Shown: piece by piece, positions 48,258 through 57,891 of the stretch
How positions within the stretch are numbered: the first letter of the stretch is position 1
Layout of the letters: the number at the start of each line of letters is the position of its first letter
DNA from: an uncultured Chloroflexia bacterium
GTDB taxonomy: Bacteria; Chloroflexota; Limnocylindria; Limnocylindrales; CSP1-4
DNA length: 64,000 bases
NCBI GenBank assembly: GCA_963768655.1
Contig: CAVYIM010000003.1
Location: 320,001-384,000, forward strand
Reading direction: 5' to 3'
Notes under the pieces: model-generated
The model's database searches: none
What the model was told of the DNA's origin: nothing
The model's input: the letters and a program-made list of their open reading frames with translations, nothing else
Translations under genes and position numbers: made by a program

Positions 48258-49447
48258 GCGGGCGACGTCTGTATTCCGGCGAACAGCGCGCCGACCCCGA
48301 CGAGTCGGGCCAGCCGCTCCCCGGCGACCGTCACGAGGGGCGCCGCCTTCGCCATCGCGTCGCGCAGCGGCATCGGCCGGTCGACGACCGGGACCGCGAC
48401 GCAGCCATGGCCCGCTAGAACGGCCGCTCCCTCCGTCGTCACGCCGCCGCCCACCGCCAGGCACGGAACCCCGGCCGCCGCGGCGCGTTTGGCGACGCCG
48501 AGGGCCGTCTTGCCGAATGCGGTCTGGGCGTCGACCTGGCCCTCGCCGGTGATGACGAGGTCCGCGACCGCGAGCCGCGAGTCGAAGCCCGTCTCCTGCA
48601 TCACCAGCTCCACGCCGGGGATCAACTCGAACGAACGGAGGTGCGGAGCCAGGCACAGCAGCCCGAAGCTGGTCCCGCCGGCGGCCCCGGCGCCGGGTTG
48701 GGAGCGCGCAGTCACGCCGGCGGCGGCCTCGAGCAGGCCGGCGTAACGGGTCAGCCAGGCTTCCAGATTCGCGATGTCGTCCGGCCAGGCGCCCTTCTGC
48801 AGGGAGTAGACGGCGGCCGCCCCCTGCTCGCCGAGAAGTGGATTCGTCACGTCGCAGGCGACACGGAGTTCCAGCTCCGCCAGGCGCACGTCCAGGCTCG
48901 CGAAGTCGACGGCCGCCAGATCGGGAATTGGCCCGGGGAGTGGCTCCGGGGAGCCGCCGCGATACCAGACCCCCAGCGCCCGCAGCAGCCCCGAGCCCCC
49001 GTCCGTGGTGGCGCTGCCGCCGACGCCCATGACCACGTGCCGGACGCCCGCGTCCAGGACCGCCCGCAGGATCTCGCCCGTCCCCTCGGTCGTGGCCGCG
49101 AGCGGCGCCCGCGGCTCATCGGCGGGCAGGCGCGACAGCCCCGACGCCTCGGCCAGCTCCACTGCGGCCCTCTTCCCGTCGAGCGAGCGCAGCCACCGCG
49201 CGGTCAGCGGCCGGCCCAGCGCGTCGTGGGCGGGGCACTCCTGCCACTCCCAGCCGCCACTCTCGGCGATCGCCGCGAGCGTGCCCTCGCCACCGTCGGC
49301 GAGCGGGGCCAGGATGAGCTCGTCGCCCGGCCGAGCCCGCGACCAGCCCGAAGCAAGGGCCCGCGCCACCTGGACGGAGGTCAGCGAGCCTTTGAAGGAA
49401 TCGGGCGCGAGCAGGACTCGCAGGCGTCGAGCACCCGCGCCCTTCAT
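48254..49447 (-). CDS. glxK: Glycerate kinase (GarK/GlxK family)
   Basis: LAPDSFKGSL, PLADGGEGT, GGSATTDGG, GAGAAGG, ITGEGQVDAQT..GK. Confidence 0.92.
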   Translation of the reverse strand: MKGAGARRLRVLLAPDSFKGSLTSVQVARALASGWSRARPGDELILAPLADGGEGTLAAIAESGGWEWQECPAHDALGRPLTARWLRSLDGKRAAVELAEASGLSRLPADEPRAPLAATTEGTGEILRAVLDAGVRHVVMGVGGSATTDGGSGLLRALGVWYRGGSPEPLPGPIPDLAAVDFASLDVRLAELELRVACDVTNPLLGEQGAAAVYSLQKGAWPDDIANLEAWLTRYAGLLEAAAGVTARSQPGAGAAGGTSFGLLCLAPHLRSFELIPGVELVMQETGFDSRLAVADLVITGEGQVDAQTAFGKTALGVAKRAAAAGVPCLAVGGGVTTEGAAVLAGHGCVAVPVVDRPMPLRDAMAKAAPLVTVAGERLARLVGVGALFAGIQTSPA

Positions 49448-51441
49448 CGGGGCGCGCCGGCCGGTGAGGCCGCGACTTCTGGGGCGATTTCGAGGGCGGC
49501 CGCCGCGCCGCCGACGCCGTCGGGCGGCGGGGCCGCGGCCAGGCGCCGCTTCTCCAGGTACTCGGGGATGCGGATCATCGGCGGCCGCTCGTGGTCGGCC
49601 AGGTCCATGACCTCCAGCCCGAGCTTGCCGCCGCCGGATCGCGGCAGCTTCATCGTCGAACCGAGCTCCGCGAACAGGCTGGTCTTGTGCTTCTCCTCGA
49701 GCCGCTTCATGACCGCCTGGAGGATGACGAAGCTCATCCGCGACAGACCCTCCAGCTCCTGGTTTCGGTGGATACGCCGCTCCAGGTCTACCTGGCCGAG
49801 CCCTTCGAGCCCGCACCGCTCCGCGACGTCGATCAAGTGCCCCATCTCGACGGCATAACTCGTGAAGAATGGGATCGTCTCGAGCAGGCTCCGGCGCCCG
49901 GCGTACTCGCCGGAGAGTGGCTGGATGAGGCCGGACAGCTCCGGGTAGAAGAGGTTGATGAGCGGGCGCGCGACCAGTTCGGTGACTCGTCCGCCGCCGC
50001 CCTCCTTGAGGACGCCGCCCTCGACGATCGGACGGCGGTAGTAGCCCTTGACGTACTGCAGCCGTTCCTCGGCGATGAGCGGGCCGACGGTGCCATAGAC
50101 CATCCGCGGATGCCAGTTGCGCACGTCCGAGTCGGCCCAGACGATGATGTCGCCGGAAGTCTCGTACAGGCTCTTCCAGAGAGCTTCGCCCTTGCCGCAG
50201 TAGCTGCCGTAGCGCGCCAGCACCTGCGAGTGGATCGCGACGCGGGCTCCCTCGGCGGCTGCGATCTCCCGCGTTCGGTCTACCGAGTCTGAGTCCATGA
50301 CCAGGAGCTCGTCCACCAGGGGGTGGCGCTCCATCAGGTCGCGCCGGGCGCGGCAGACGATCGTGCCGATCGTGTCGGCCTCGTTCAGGGCCGGCAGCAC
50401 CAGGCTCACGGTCAGCCCGGCCTGCTCCTTGAGATGGACCAGGCGATCGAGGTCGGCGAACTCCCGGTGATGGAAGTTCGACTCGCCGAACCAGCGCTCG
50501 ACTCGGAGAGGCACGGCGCGCGACTCATTGGCCGCCTTCTCGGCCGCGGCCAGCGTCTCCGCCCGCTTCTCGAGCCGATCGAACGTGGCCTCGCCGATCG
50601 GCTCGCGCGTCTTGACGACGATCACCGTCTTGCGCGAGCGCGTCGCCACCGCCTCCGGCAGGGCGCCGAAGAGGAACGTCCGGCCGTTGTCGGTGGCCGG
50701 GAAGGCCGACGCGCCCATCACGACCACGTCCGCCTGCTCGGCTTCGTGGAGGATGGCATTGCGCACGTTCGGCGCCTCGAGAACGGTCTGCTCCACGTGA
50801 CCGTCGGCGTGCTGGCGGATGAAGTGGGCCAGCGCTTTCGCCGCCTGCGAGCGGATGGTCGAGCTCAGGCCGGCAGGCACGACGTGCAGGGCGACGACGC
50901 TTCCGCCGCCGCGACGGGCCAGGGCATCGGCGAACTGGAGCGCCAGCTCGGCGTGGGGGCCGCCGCGGATCGGCACGAGAATGCGGCCGATCTCCATCGG
51001 CGCGCCCTGCTTGACCACGGCTATGTCACAAGGCGAGTCCCGTACGACCTCGTCGATCGTGGAGCTGAAGACGGGCGGCTCCGCTCCTGGCCTTGGCGTC
51101 GAAGGCTTGCCGCCCCAGCCGAAGACGATCAGCTGCGCGTCGAGCTCTGTCGCCGCCTCGATCACGCCTTCCGCGGCGCGCCGCCCGATGCGGACTACGG
51201 TGTGGACGGTCACTCCTTCGGGCGCGTAGTCGAGGACGCGCTGCAGCAGGCGGCGGGCCTGCCGGGCCTTGGTGGCGCCCTCGCTGAGGGGCGTTCCCTC
51301 GGGCACTTCGACGATTCCGAGCACGGTCAGGCTGCCGCTCTTGCGGTCGAGCAGGGCAGCTCCGATCCGGACCAGCTCCTCGGCGGTCAGCGGGTTGGCG
51401 ACCGGGATGAGGATTCGCGAGGGCAACGGCGAGCGCGTCAT
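49444..51441 (-). CDS. gpgS: Two universal-stress-protein domains fused to glucosyl-3-phosphoglycerate synthase
   Basis: ILIPVANP / ILVPIRGGPHA USP starts; SLVLPALNE, GKGEALWKS, ADSD, GGRVTELVARP, QPLSGEYAGRR, RIHRNQ. Confidence 0.85.
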   Translation of the reverse strand: MTRSPLPSRILIPVANPLTAEELVRIGAALLDRKSGSLTVLGIVEVPEGTPLSEGATKARQARRLLQRVLDYAPEGVTVHTVVRIGRRAAEGVIEAATELDAQLIVFGWGGKPSTPRPGAEPPVFSSTIDEVVRDSPCDIAVVKQGAPMEIGRILVPIRGGPHAELALQFADALARRGGGSVVALHVVPAGLSSTIRSQAAKALAHFIRQHADGHVEQTVLEAPNVRNAILHEAEQADVVVMGASAFPATDNGRTFLFGALPEAVATRSRKTVIVVKTREPIGEATFDRLEKRAETLAAAEKAANESRAVPLRVERWFGESNFHHREFADLDRLVHLKEQAGLTVSLVLPALNEADTIGTIVCRARRDLMERHPLVDELLVMDSDSVDRTREIAAAEGARVAIHSQVLARYGSYCGKGEALWKSLYETSGDIIVWADSDVRNWHPRMVYGTVGPLIAEERLQYVKGYYRRPIVEGGVLKEGGGGRVTELVARPLINLFYPELSGLIQPLSGEYAGRRSLLETIPFFTSYAVEMGHLIDVAERCGLEGLGQVDLERRIHRNQELEGLSRMSFVILQAVMKRLEEKHKTSLFAELGSTMKLPRSGGGKLGLEVMDLADHERPPMIRIPEYLEKRRLAAAPPPDGVGGAAAALEIAPEVAASPAGAPR

Positions 51442-52904
51442 TCGGCCGCCCGCTCATGTGCCCGGTCTGCGGCGGACCGGGCCGAGTGTTCGTCGGACCG
51501 GGCCCGGCCGCCCGCTTTGGCCGCCTCGGTCCAGTGCTCGACGAGATATGGCTTGAGCAGCTCGAACTCGCGGGCCTGGCGCTCCACGCGTTCCTCGGCC
51601 TGTTCGGTGGAGAGGCGCCTGTTTTCGATGACGAAGCGGCCGACCCGTCCGAAGTAGATCGGCACGAACGCCGCCACCAGCCGCTCGGTCGGCACATCGC
51701 CGAAGCTCGCGCTCACCAGCAGGTCGTACAGGATGCGGGCCCAGAGGTCGTCCGGGAAATGGAAGCCCGAAACCAGGTCCGACAGCTCGTCGGTGGCGGG
51801 CAGTCCGTCGCTGCCGGCGGAGCCCTGGCCCGATTCGGCGGTCAGGCCCAGCTTCCGCGCCGCGGCCTCGGCCATGGCCCCGGCCTCCCAGGCCAGCTCG
51901 ACCACGCTCTTGCAGTTGTCCGGCCGGAGCATTCCCCGCCACGTGTCGGCGACCGTCAGCGCCCCGGCGTGGAACTGGCTGAGCAGGCGCAGCGTGTTGA
52001 CCTCCAGGGGCGCCGGATCGGCGTACCGCTCGAAGCCGTAGGCCGGCACCTCGTGGCTGCCGGAGATCTCCAGCCAGCGATGGGCGTTGTCCCTGGCCAT
52101 GCCCAGCAGCGTCCCCACGACCTGGCGGAACATCGGACCCAGATCCGCGCCGGGGTCCTTGGGGTCGTGGATCTTGGCGCCGAGGCGGCTCTGGCAGACG
52201 GCGAAGCCGCCCGTCAGCGCGGTCGTCGTCATCCAGATGTCGATGCCGAAGCGCGACACGTCCGGTGTCCAGGTCTCCTGGGCGAGGTAGTCGCGGATCA
52301 GGTCGCCGCTGATGCCGAAGTCGCCGCCGATCGGCTGGCGTATGCGGTGGCCGTACAGCGCCCGCGTCATCGGGTAGGTGACGGTGTTGGTGATGGTGCC
52401 GTCGTACTTGTGGCGGGAGTAGAGCGGCGCCACGAAGTCGTAGCCGCCCTTCAGGATCGGCCCGGCCAGCAGCTCGATCCATTCCGGGACGATCGAGCGC
52501 AGGTCCGAATCCACGACCACGAGGGCCCCGACGTCGAGCGCGGCGGCCATCTCGAGGATGGTCCGCAGAGCGGCGCCCTTGCCGCCGACGCCGTCGACGT
52601 CCGGATAGGTCAGGCTGACCCTATCAAGCCGGTTCTTCGGGTGGACGAGCAGTATCTGCTCCACGTACCCGGGTGGCTCGGTCTCTACCACCACCCGCTG
52701 CGTTCCGTCAGGGGAACCCGCATCCGCGTTCACCAGCACCGGCCGAAGATCGGGAAAGTACTGGACCAGGCCGGCCTGGGCAGCCCGAACGACGTGGCCG
52801 ATCGTGGCCGCGTTCCGGTAGCTCGGAATGCCGACCATGATGTCGGCACAGCCGAGTCGCGCGATCTCATCCCGAATGGCAGGCGTCAGAGCACTCGCGG
52901 GCAT
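51438..52904 (-). CDS. GT-A glycosyltransferase, glucosylglycerate/mannosylglycerate synthase-like
   Basis: VGIPSYRNAATIGHV, DAGSPDGT, GKGAALR, VDSDLRSI.PEW, RHKYDGTITN, RQPIGGDF, FGIDIWMT. Confidence 0.75.
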   Translation of the reverse strand: MPASALTPAIRDEIARLGCADIMVGIPSYRNAATIGHVVRAAQAGLVQYFPDLRPVLVNADAGSPDGTQRVVVETEPPGYVEQILLVHPKNRLDRVSLTYPDVDGVGGKGAALRTILEMAAALDVGALVVVDSDLRSIVPEWIELLAGPILKGGYDFVAPLYSRHKYDGTITNTVTYPMTRALYGHRIRQPIGGDFGISGDLIRDYLAQETWTPDVSRFGIDIWMTTTALTGGFAVCQSRLGAKIHDPKDPGADLGPMFRQVVGTLLGMARDNAHRWLEISGSHEVPAYGFERYADPAPLEVNTLRLLSQFHAGALTVADTWRGMLRPDNCKSVVELAWEAGAMAEAAARKLGLTAESGQGSAGSDGLPATDELSDLVSGFHFPDDLWARILYDLLVSASFGDVPTERLVAAFVPIYFGRVGRFVIENRRLSTEQAEERVERQAREFELLKPYLVEHWTEAAKAGGRARSDEHSARSAADRAHERAAE

Positions 52905-52987
52905 CCGGTGCACCGTACCACGCCGCCGGACCGAGCGGCGAGTCCTGGCCGGAAAGCGTGGTCGCGGACGGCCCGGGTGGCGCAGGC

Positions 52988-53689
52988 TCAGCGGGTTCTT
53001 ATCGGGACGGCTACCCAGTCGCTCGGCTCGCCGGTCGGGCGATAGCGGCCGTTGGCGGGCTTGTAGACCAGCTCCCGGAAGCCCTGGGCATGCCAGGTCA
53101 GAGCCTGCGAGCCGGTAGGCGGTCGAACGTAAGGCGTGATCCGAACGAGCTGGTCGACCTTGAGGGCGGCATCGAGCAGGCGCTTGCGCTCGAGGAGGGG
53201 CAAGTCGATGAGGGTCGATCCGTCGATCTGCAGCAGATCAACCGCCACGAAAGCGATCGGGCGGTCGGGGTCCAGATGGCGCTTGGGCTCGGGCGGTCGG
53301 GCGCGTCCGCCGACGAACATCTGGGTCAGATATGCGCCCTTGGCCGGGGGCTCAACCGCAGTCATGTCGAGGCCCTTTGGGTCCTGGGTCGGCTCGACCG
53401 TGAGAAAGCCGTCAGCGACGAGGTCATCGGTCAACGCGGCGGCGGCTATGGCCCGGGCCAGCTCGGCGAACTCCGCGGTGCAATCGACGCCATCCTCGTC
53501 GGTCACGGTTGCCAGCGGCGATCCGTCGGGCCCGCGCCCAACACGAACGATGACGCGTACCCCGCTCCAGCTCGGTTCGATGATCGGATCGGATACGGAG
53601 CGCCAGCCCTTGCGGCCGAACGCCTGGGGGCGCCAATCGGCAGGGTCGATCGGTGGCGAGGGTTGGGTCCGACGACGTCGTGGCAGCAT
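52988..53689 (-). CDS. ATP-dependent DNA ligase adenylation-domain homolog lacking catalytic residues
   Basis: IIEPSWSGVR, LVADGF, FVAVDLL, PLLERKRLL, ELVYKPANGRYRP, DWVAV; no OB domain. Confidence 0.75.
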   Translation of the reverse strand: MLPRRRRTQPSPPIDPADWRPQAFGRKGWRSVSDPIIEPSWSGVRVIVRVGRGPDGSPLATVTDEDGVDCTAEFAELARAIAAAALTDDLVADGFLTVEPTQDPKGLDMTAVEPPAKGAYLTQMFVGGRARPPEPKRHLDPDRPIAFVAVDLLQIDGSTLIDLPLLERKRLLDAALKVDQLVRITPYVRPPTGSQALTWHAQGFRELVYKPANGRYRPTGEPSDWVAVPIRTR

Positions 53690-53698
53690 CAGCCGATT

Positions 53699-54772
53699 CT
53701 AGACCCCAGCCGAATTGGCGCCCGCGTCGCCACCGCCAACCTGCGGCGGCGCGCTCGGCCTGCTATCTGCGTAGCCCGCCGGATGGGCGCGTTGCCACTC
53801 CCAGGCCGATCCGATGATCTGCTCGAGCGTGCCCTGGCTGGCGTTCCAGCCGAGCTTCTCGTACGCGTTCTGGGGGCTGGCCACCAGGATCGGCGGATCG
53901 CCCGGGCGGCGTGGGCCGATGCTGATGGCGATCGGCCGGCCGACGACGGCTTCCGAAGCGGCCACGACTTGACGATTGCTGAAGCCGGTGCCGCTCCCGA
54001 GGTTGCAGATCAGCGGCTCGCACGGCCCCGCAGCCGGGCCAGTCCGCGTGTCCGCAGGATCCGTCGCCTCGAGCGCGAGCATGTGCGCCCGAGCCAGGTC
54101 CTCGACGTGGATGTAGTCGCGGATGCAGGTCCCGTCGGGAGTGGGGTAGTCATCGCCGAAGAGAGTGACCTCGCGCCCGGCTGCCGCCGCCTGCAGCACG
54201 CACGGGATGAGGTGCGTCTCCGGGTCGTGCCCCTCGCCGTAAGCCGGGCTCGCGCCGGCGGCATTGAAGTAGCGCAGGATCACGCTCCGCATGCCGTAGC
54301 CGTGGCCATACCAGCGAATCGCACCCTCGACGCAGCGCTTCGTCTCGCCGTAGGCGTTGATCGGACGAATCGGATCGGTTTCGACGATGGGCGTCCGCTC
54401 GGGCATGCCGTACGTCGCTGCGGTTGAGCTGAACACGATGCGTCGTACGCCGGTCGTCCGCATCGCTTCGAGCAGCGCGATGCCGCCGGCAACGTTCTCG
54501 CGGAAGTACTTGGCCGGATCGGTCATCGACTCCCCGACGATGGACTTGGCGGCGCAGTGCAGGACCGCCTCGATGCGGTACCGCTCCAGCAGAGCGGCCA
54601 CGCCGGCCTGGTCGCCGTAGCTGCCGACCTCGAGTCGGGCCGCCGGCGAAACCGCCCCGCGGTATCCGGTCGAGAGATCGTCGAGGACAGTGACTTCGTG
54701 GCCCGCGGCCACCAGGGCCTCGACCGAAACCGAACCGATGTACCCGGCACCGCCGGTGACGAGGATGCGCAT
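53699..54772 (-). CDS. galE: UDP-glucose 4-epimerase
   Basis: ILVTGGAGYIGS, FSSTAATYG, YGETK, LRYFNAAGA, DGTCIRDYIHV. Confidence 0.95.
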   Translation of the reverse strand: MRILVTGGAGYIGSVSVEALVAAGHEVTVLDDLSTGYRGAVSPAARLEVGSYGDQAGVAALLERYRIEAVLHCAAKSIVGESMTDPAKYFRENVAGGIALLEAMRTTGVRRIVFSSTAATYGMPERTPIVETDPIRPINAYGETKRCVEGAIRWYGHGYGMRSVILRYFNAAGASPAYGEGHDPETHLIPCVLQAAAAGREVTLFGDDYPTPDGTCIRDYIHVEDLARAHMLALEATDPADTRTGPAAGPCEPLICNLGSGTGFSNRQVVAASEAVVGRPIAISIGPRRPGDPPILVASPQNAYEKLGWNASQGTLEQIIGSAWEWQRAHPAGYADSRPSAPPQVGGGDAGANSAGV

Positions 54773-56458
54773 TCAGTCTCCTCTGAATCTTCTCAGGAGC
54801 CCTTTGCGGCGAGGCTCCAGGGTCGCTCTCGAATTTGAATTGGCCGGCCCTGCCCCGTCGGCGCCAGGCTCGCCGGGACCATCGTTCTCGGCGATGACCT
54901 CGCGTTCCGCGCCAGGCTCGCCTGCGCTGCCCGCGCTGTCCGGTTCGCCGCCCAGGACCAGGGCCACGGCCTCGCGCAGGGCGGCTGCCTCAGCGTCATC
55001 CTCCGTGGGCTCCTCGCCGGTCTCGGAATGTCCGGCCGAACGTCTCGCCGCAGGCGCCCCCGAGCTCCCCGCCGGAGGTGCGGCTGAATGCCGAGCCGGC
55101 GGTGCCGCGGAGGGAACGGCGGGCTCGCGCGGACCGCTCTCGGCCTCGGCTCCGGTGGCATCGCCCTCGGCTCCGTCGGCCCCGGTTCCGGGGATCCACT
55201 CGGAGGCGCGCCGGGCGGTTGCCTGCTCGGCCGAGGCCAGCTCCGCAGCCATGAGCTCGGCCTCCGACTCGGCTTCGAACTCCATCTGCGCCGCTGCATC
55301 GACTTCCATCTGCGCCGCTGAGTCGGCCTCGACCGGTGCCGCCGAGTCGGCTTCGACCGTCTCGCTCAGGCCGGCTCGCAGCTCGGCTGCCCTCAGGTCG
55401 GCCTCCAGGGCCTCGAGGTCTATCCATCGGGGCGTCGGCGGGCCGAGCTCTTCGGAAGCCACAAGCTCCGCGACTCCGAACACGTTCTCGTCGAGCTCGG
55501 CAGCCTCCCGCTCGGCGGCCTCCCTCTCGGCAGCAGTCACGGCGTCCTCGATGTCGACTTCCGCCGCATCCATTTCGGCGGCCTCCAGTTCGGCCGAATC
55601 CGCCACCAGCGCGACGCGCATGGCGATGCTCTCGTCTTCGCCCGTGGCCTCGATGGCCCCGTAGACTTCGCCCAGCTCGTCCTCGGCGTGGCTCGGGGCC
55701 CGCCCGGCCCGCGCGACGTGCTCCTCGATGACCACGTCGTCGGTCTGGTCGACAGCCTCGATTGCCGCGGCCGACTCCGCGGCCGCGAATGGATCGTCCA
55801 TGCGCGGCCGGGGCTTCAGGTCCTCCGGCACCAGGTTCCGGCGGGCTCGATCGCCGAGCGCCTGATGCGCCTTCGGACGAGGTGGTCCCGGAGGCCGCGA
55901 AGCCGCGTCTGCCGCGGCCCTGGTGGCGGCCCCTGCCGCGGTCGTCGCAGCCGCGGCCGTCGCTGCCGCGGCCGCGGTCTGGCGGCCGGCCTGGCGCCCC
56001 TCCGCCGGCGGTTCGGCGGGGAGCTGGGGCGGTGCCTTGCGAGCGTCGTCCACCCCGTCCTTGTCCCGCTTGCCCGGCTTGACGCTGCCGGCTCTGGTGC
56101 CGGCGGCTGTCTCGTCCTCGGCGCCTGCGGCGCGCCGGCGGCCAAGTTCCTCCAGGCGCTGCGCCGCCAGCAGCGGCAGGTCCGGCTGGTTTGAAGCGGT
56201 CGACTCAGGTACGCCTCCTGAGAGGGTCTCGAGGATCCTCCGCGCGGCGACCATCCCCGGGTCCATCACCAGGGCACGGTCGGCGAACGTCCGCGCCAGA
56301 CGCCGGTCGCCACGCTCCAGGGAGACGCGGGCAAGACCCGCGACCGCGATCGCGTTCGTAGGGTCCAGCTCGATGAGCTGCCAGTACGACCGCTCGGCCT
56401 GGTCGAGCGCTCCGCTCGACAGGGCCTTTTCGGCCTGAAGCAGGACTTCGAACATCAA
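54773..56458 (-). CDS. TPR protein with a long acidic Ala/Glu-rich disordered region
   Basis: N-terminal TPRs (AERSYWQLIELDPTN, ALVMDP), acidic repeats, basic amphipathic C-terminus. Confidence 0.7.
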   Translation of the reverse strand: MMFEVLLQAEKALSSGALDQAERSYWQLIELDPTNAIAVAGLARVSLERGDRRLARTFADRALVMDPGMVAARRILETLSGGVPESTASNQPDLPLLAAQRLEELGRRRAAGAEDETAAGTRAGSVKPGKRDKDGVDDARKAPPQLPAEPPAEGRQAGRQTAAAAATAAAATTAAGAATRAAADAASRPPGPPRPKAHQALGDRARRNLVPEDLKPRPRMDDPFAAAESAAAIEAVDQTDDVVIEEHVARAGRAPSHAEDELGEVYGAIEATGEDESIAMRVALVADSAELEAAEMDAAEVDIEDAVTAAEREAAEREAAELDENVFGVAELVASEELGPPTPRWIDLEALEADLRAAELRAGLSETVEADSAAPVEADSAAQMEVDAAAQMEFEAESEAELMAAELASAEQATARRASEWIPGTGADGAEGDATGAEAESGPREPAVPSAAPPARHSAAPPAGSSGAPAARRSAGHSETGEEPTEDDAEAAALREAVALVLGGEPDSAGSAGEPGAEREVIAENDGPGEPGADGAGPANSNSRATLEPRRKGLLRRFRGD

Positions 56459-57891
56459 CGCGCCTCGTTCATGCGACCCAAAGACTCACCGCCAGATTCT
56501 CCGCCCGCCGGTCCATCGACAAGCACGCGGGCCAGCTCGAGCAGGATGGCACGATCGTTGAGCGCCGGCTCGGCGATCACCCGCTCCGTGAGCTCGTCGA
56601 GTATCCGGCCGAGCATTCGACCCGGCGGAATGCCCAGCTCCGAACGGAGGTCGTTGCCGTCGATGGCAAGCTCGTTTCGACTCAGGACCGCGTGAGCGGC
56701 GAGCTCGTCGCGGATTCGCCGTTCCAGCTCCGGAAGGGAGCCGGCCTGGGCCGGGAGGCCGCTGCCCTCGTTGTCGGCGGCCCGGAGCGCCAGCAGGTCG
56801 TCGACGGAACCCGGGCCGACCTTTCGAATGAAGCGCCTGACGGCGGCGTCGCTCCAGCTGGGCTGGTAGGAGAACATGTGATTGCGGACCAGGTGCGCGA
56901 CGCGCTCCTGGAGGGCCCGCGGCGCGTGAAGGTTCGAGAGGAACTCGCGTGCCATCGCGGCGCCGACCGTCTCGTGGCCGTGGAAGTGCCCCTCGGCGAG
57001 AGTGTCCGGCTTGCCGACATCGTGGAGCAGGGAGGCGAGCCGGACGAGAGTGTGGTTCGGCGCCGCGTCGACGGTTCTGAGCGTGTGATCCCAGAGGTCC
57101 TCGCCGCCGACCTTGTTCTGGGGGATCCCGGCCTGGCGGGCGAGATCCGGGGCAATCACGGCCAGCAGACCCGTCTCCGCCATCAGGCGCAGCCCTGCGC
57201 TCGGGCGAGGGGCGGCAAGGAGCTTGAGCAGCTCGGTAAGGATGCGCTCGCCCGAGAGATGGCGCGCCAGCTCGGCGTTTCGGTAGATAGAGGCGAGCGT
57301 TTCCACCTCGATCTCGAAGCCGAGCGTCGCCGCCAGGCGGACCGCCCGAACCATTCGCAAAGCGTCTTCGCCGAACCTCCGGTCCGGGTCGCCGACTGCC
57401 CGAAGCAGTCGTCGGGCCAGGTCCGCGCGGCCGCCGTGAGGGTCGACGAAGACCTGCGCCTCGTCCGGCCTGCCGCCCCACGCCATGGCGTTGACGGTGA
57501 AGTCGCGGCGGGCCAGGTCCTCCTCGATCGAGTCGCCGAACTCGACGCTGTCCGGGTGGCGGTGGTCGGTGTACGAGACATCACGCCGGAACGCCGTTAT
57601 CTCGTACTGAGCGTGGGCATGCCGCACGACCACGGTCCCGAACCGGTTCTCGTACAGCGAGCGCGGGAACAGGCTCTGGATCCGCTCCGGCGGCGCGTCC
57701 GTCGTCAGGTCCCAATCCGCGGGTTCGCGGCCGAGCAGCGCGTCGCGAAGACAGCCGCCCACGACATACGCGGAGTGCCCGCCTCCCCGGAGAGTGGCCA
57801 GCAGCTCCTCGACCGGCGCAGGAATCTTCGGCGCCGGCCCGGGCGCCGCGCGCAGGCCCCCGGTCCCCCCGGCCTCGAGATCAGTGGCCAA
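56455..57891 (-). CDS. cca: CCA tRNA nucleotidyltransferase/poly(A) polymerase family with HD domain
   Basis: VVGGCLRD, DWDLTT, EDLARRDFTVNAMA, EDALRMVRAVR, LLHDVGK. Confidence 0.9.
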   Translation of the reverse strand: MATDLEAGGTGGLRAAPGPAPKIPAPVEELLATLRGGGHSAYVVGGCLRDALLGREPADWDLTTDAPPERIQSLFPRSLYENRFGTVVVRHAHAQYEITAFRRDVSYTDHRHPDSVEFGDSIEEDLARRDFTVNAMAWGGRPDEAQVFVDPHGGRADLARRLLRAVGDPDRRFGEDALRMVRAVRLAATLGFEIEVETLASIYRNAELARHLSGERILTELLKLLAAPRPSAGLRLMAETGLLAVIAPDLARQAGIPQNKVGGEDLWDHTLRTVDAAPNHTLVRLASLLHDVGKPDTLAEGHFHGHETVGAAMAREFLSNLHAPRALQERVAHLVRNHMFSYQPSWSDAAVRRFIRKVGPGSVDDLLALRAADNEGSGLPAQAGSLPELERRIRDELAAHAVLSRNELAIDGNDLRSELGIPPGRMLGRILDELTERVIAEPALNDRAILLELARVLVDGPAGGESGGESLGRMNEAR

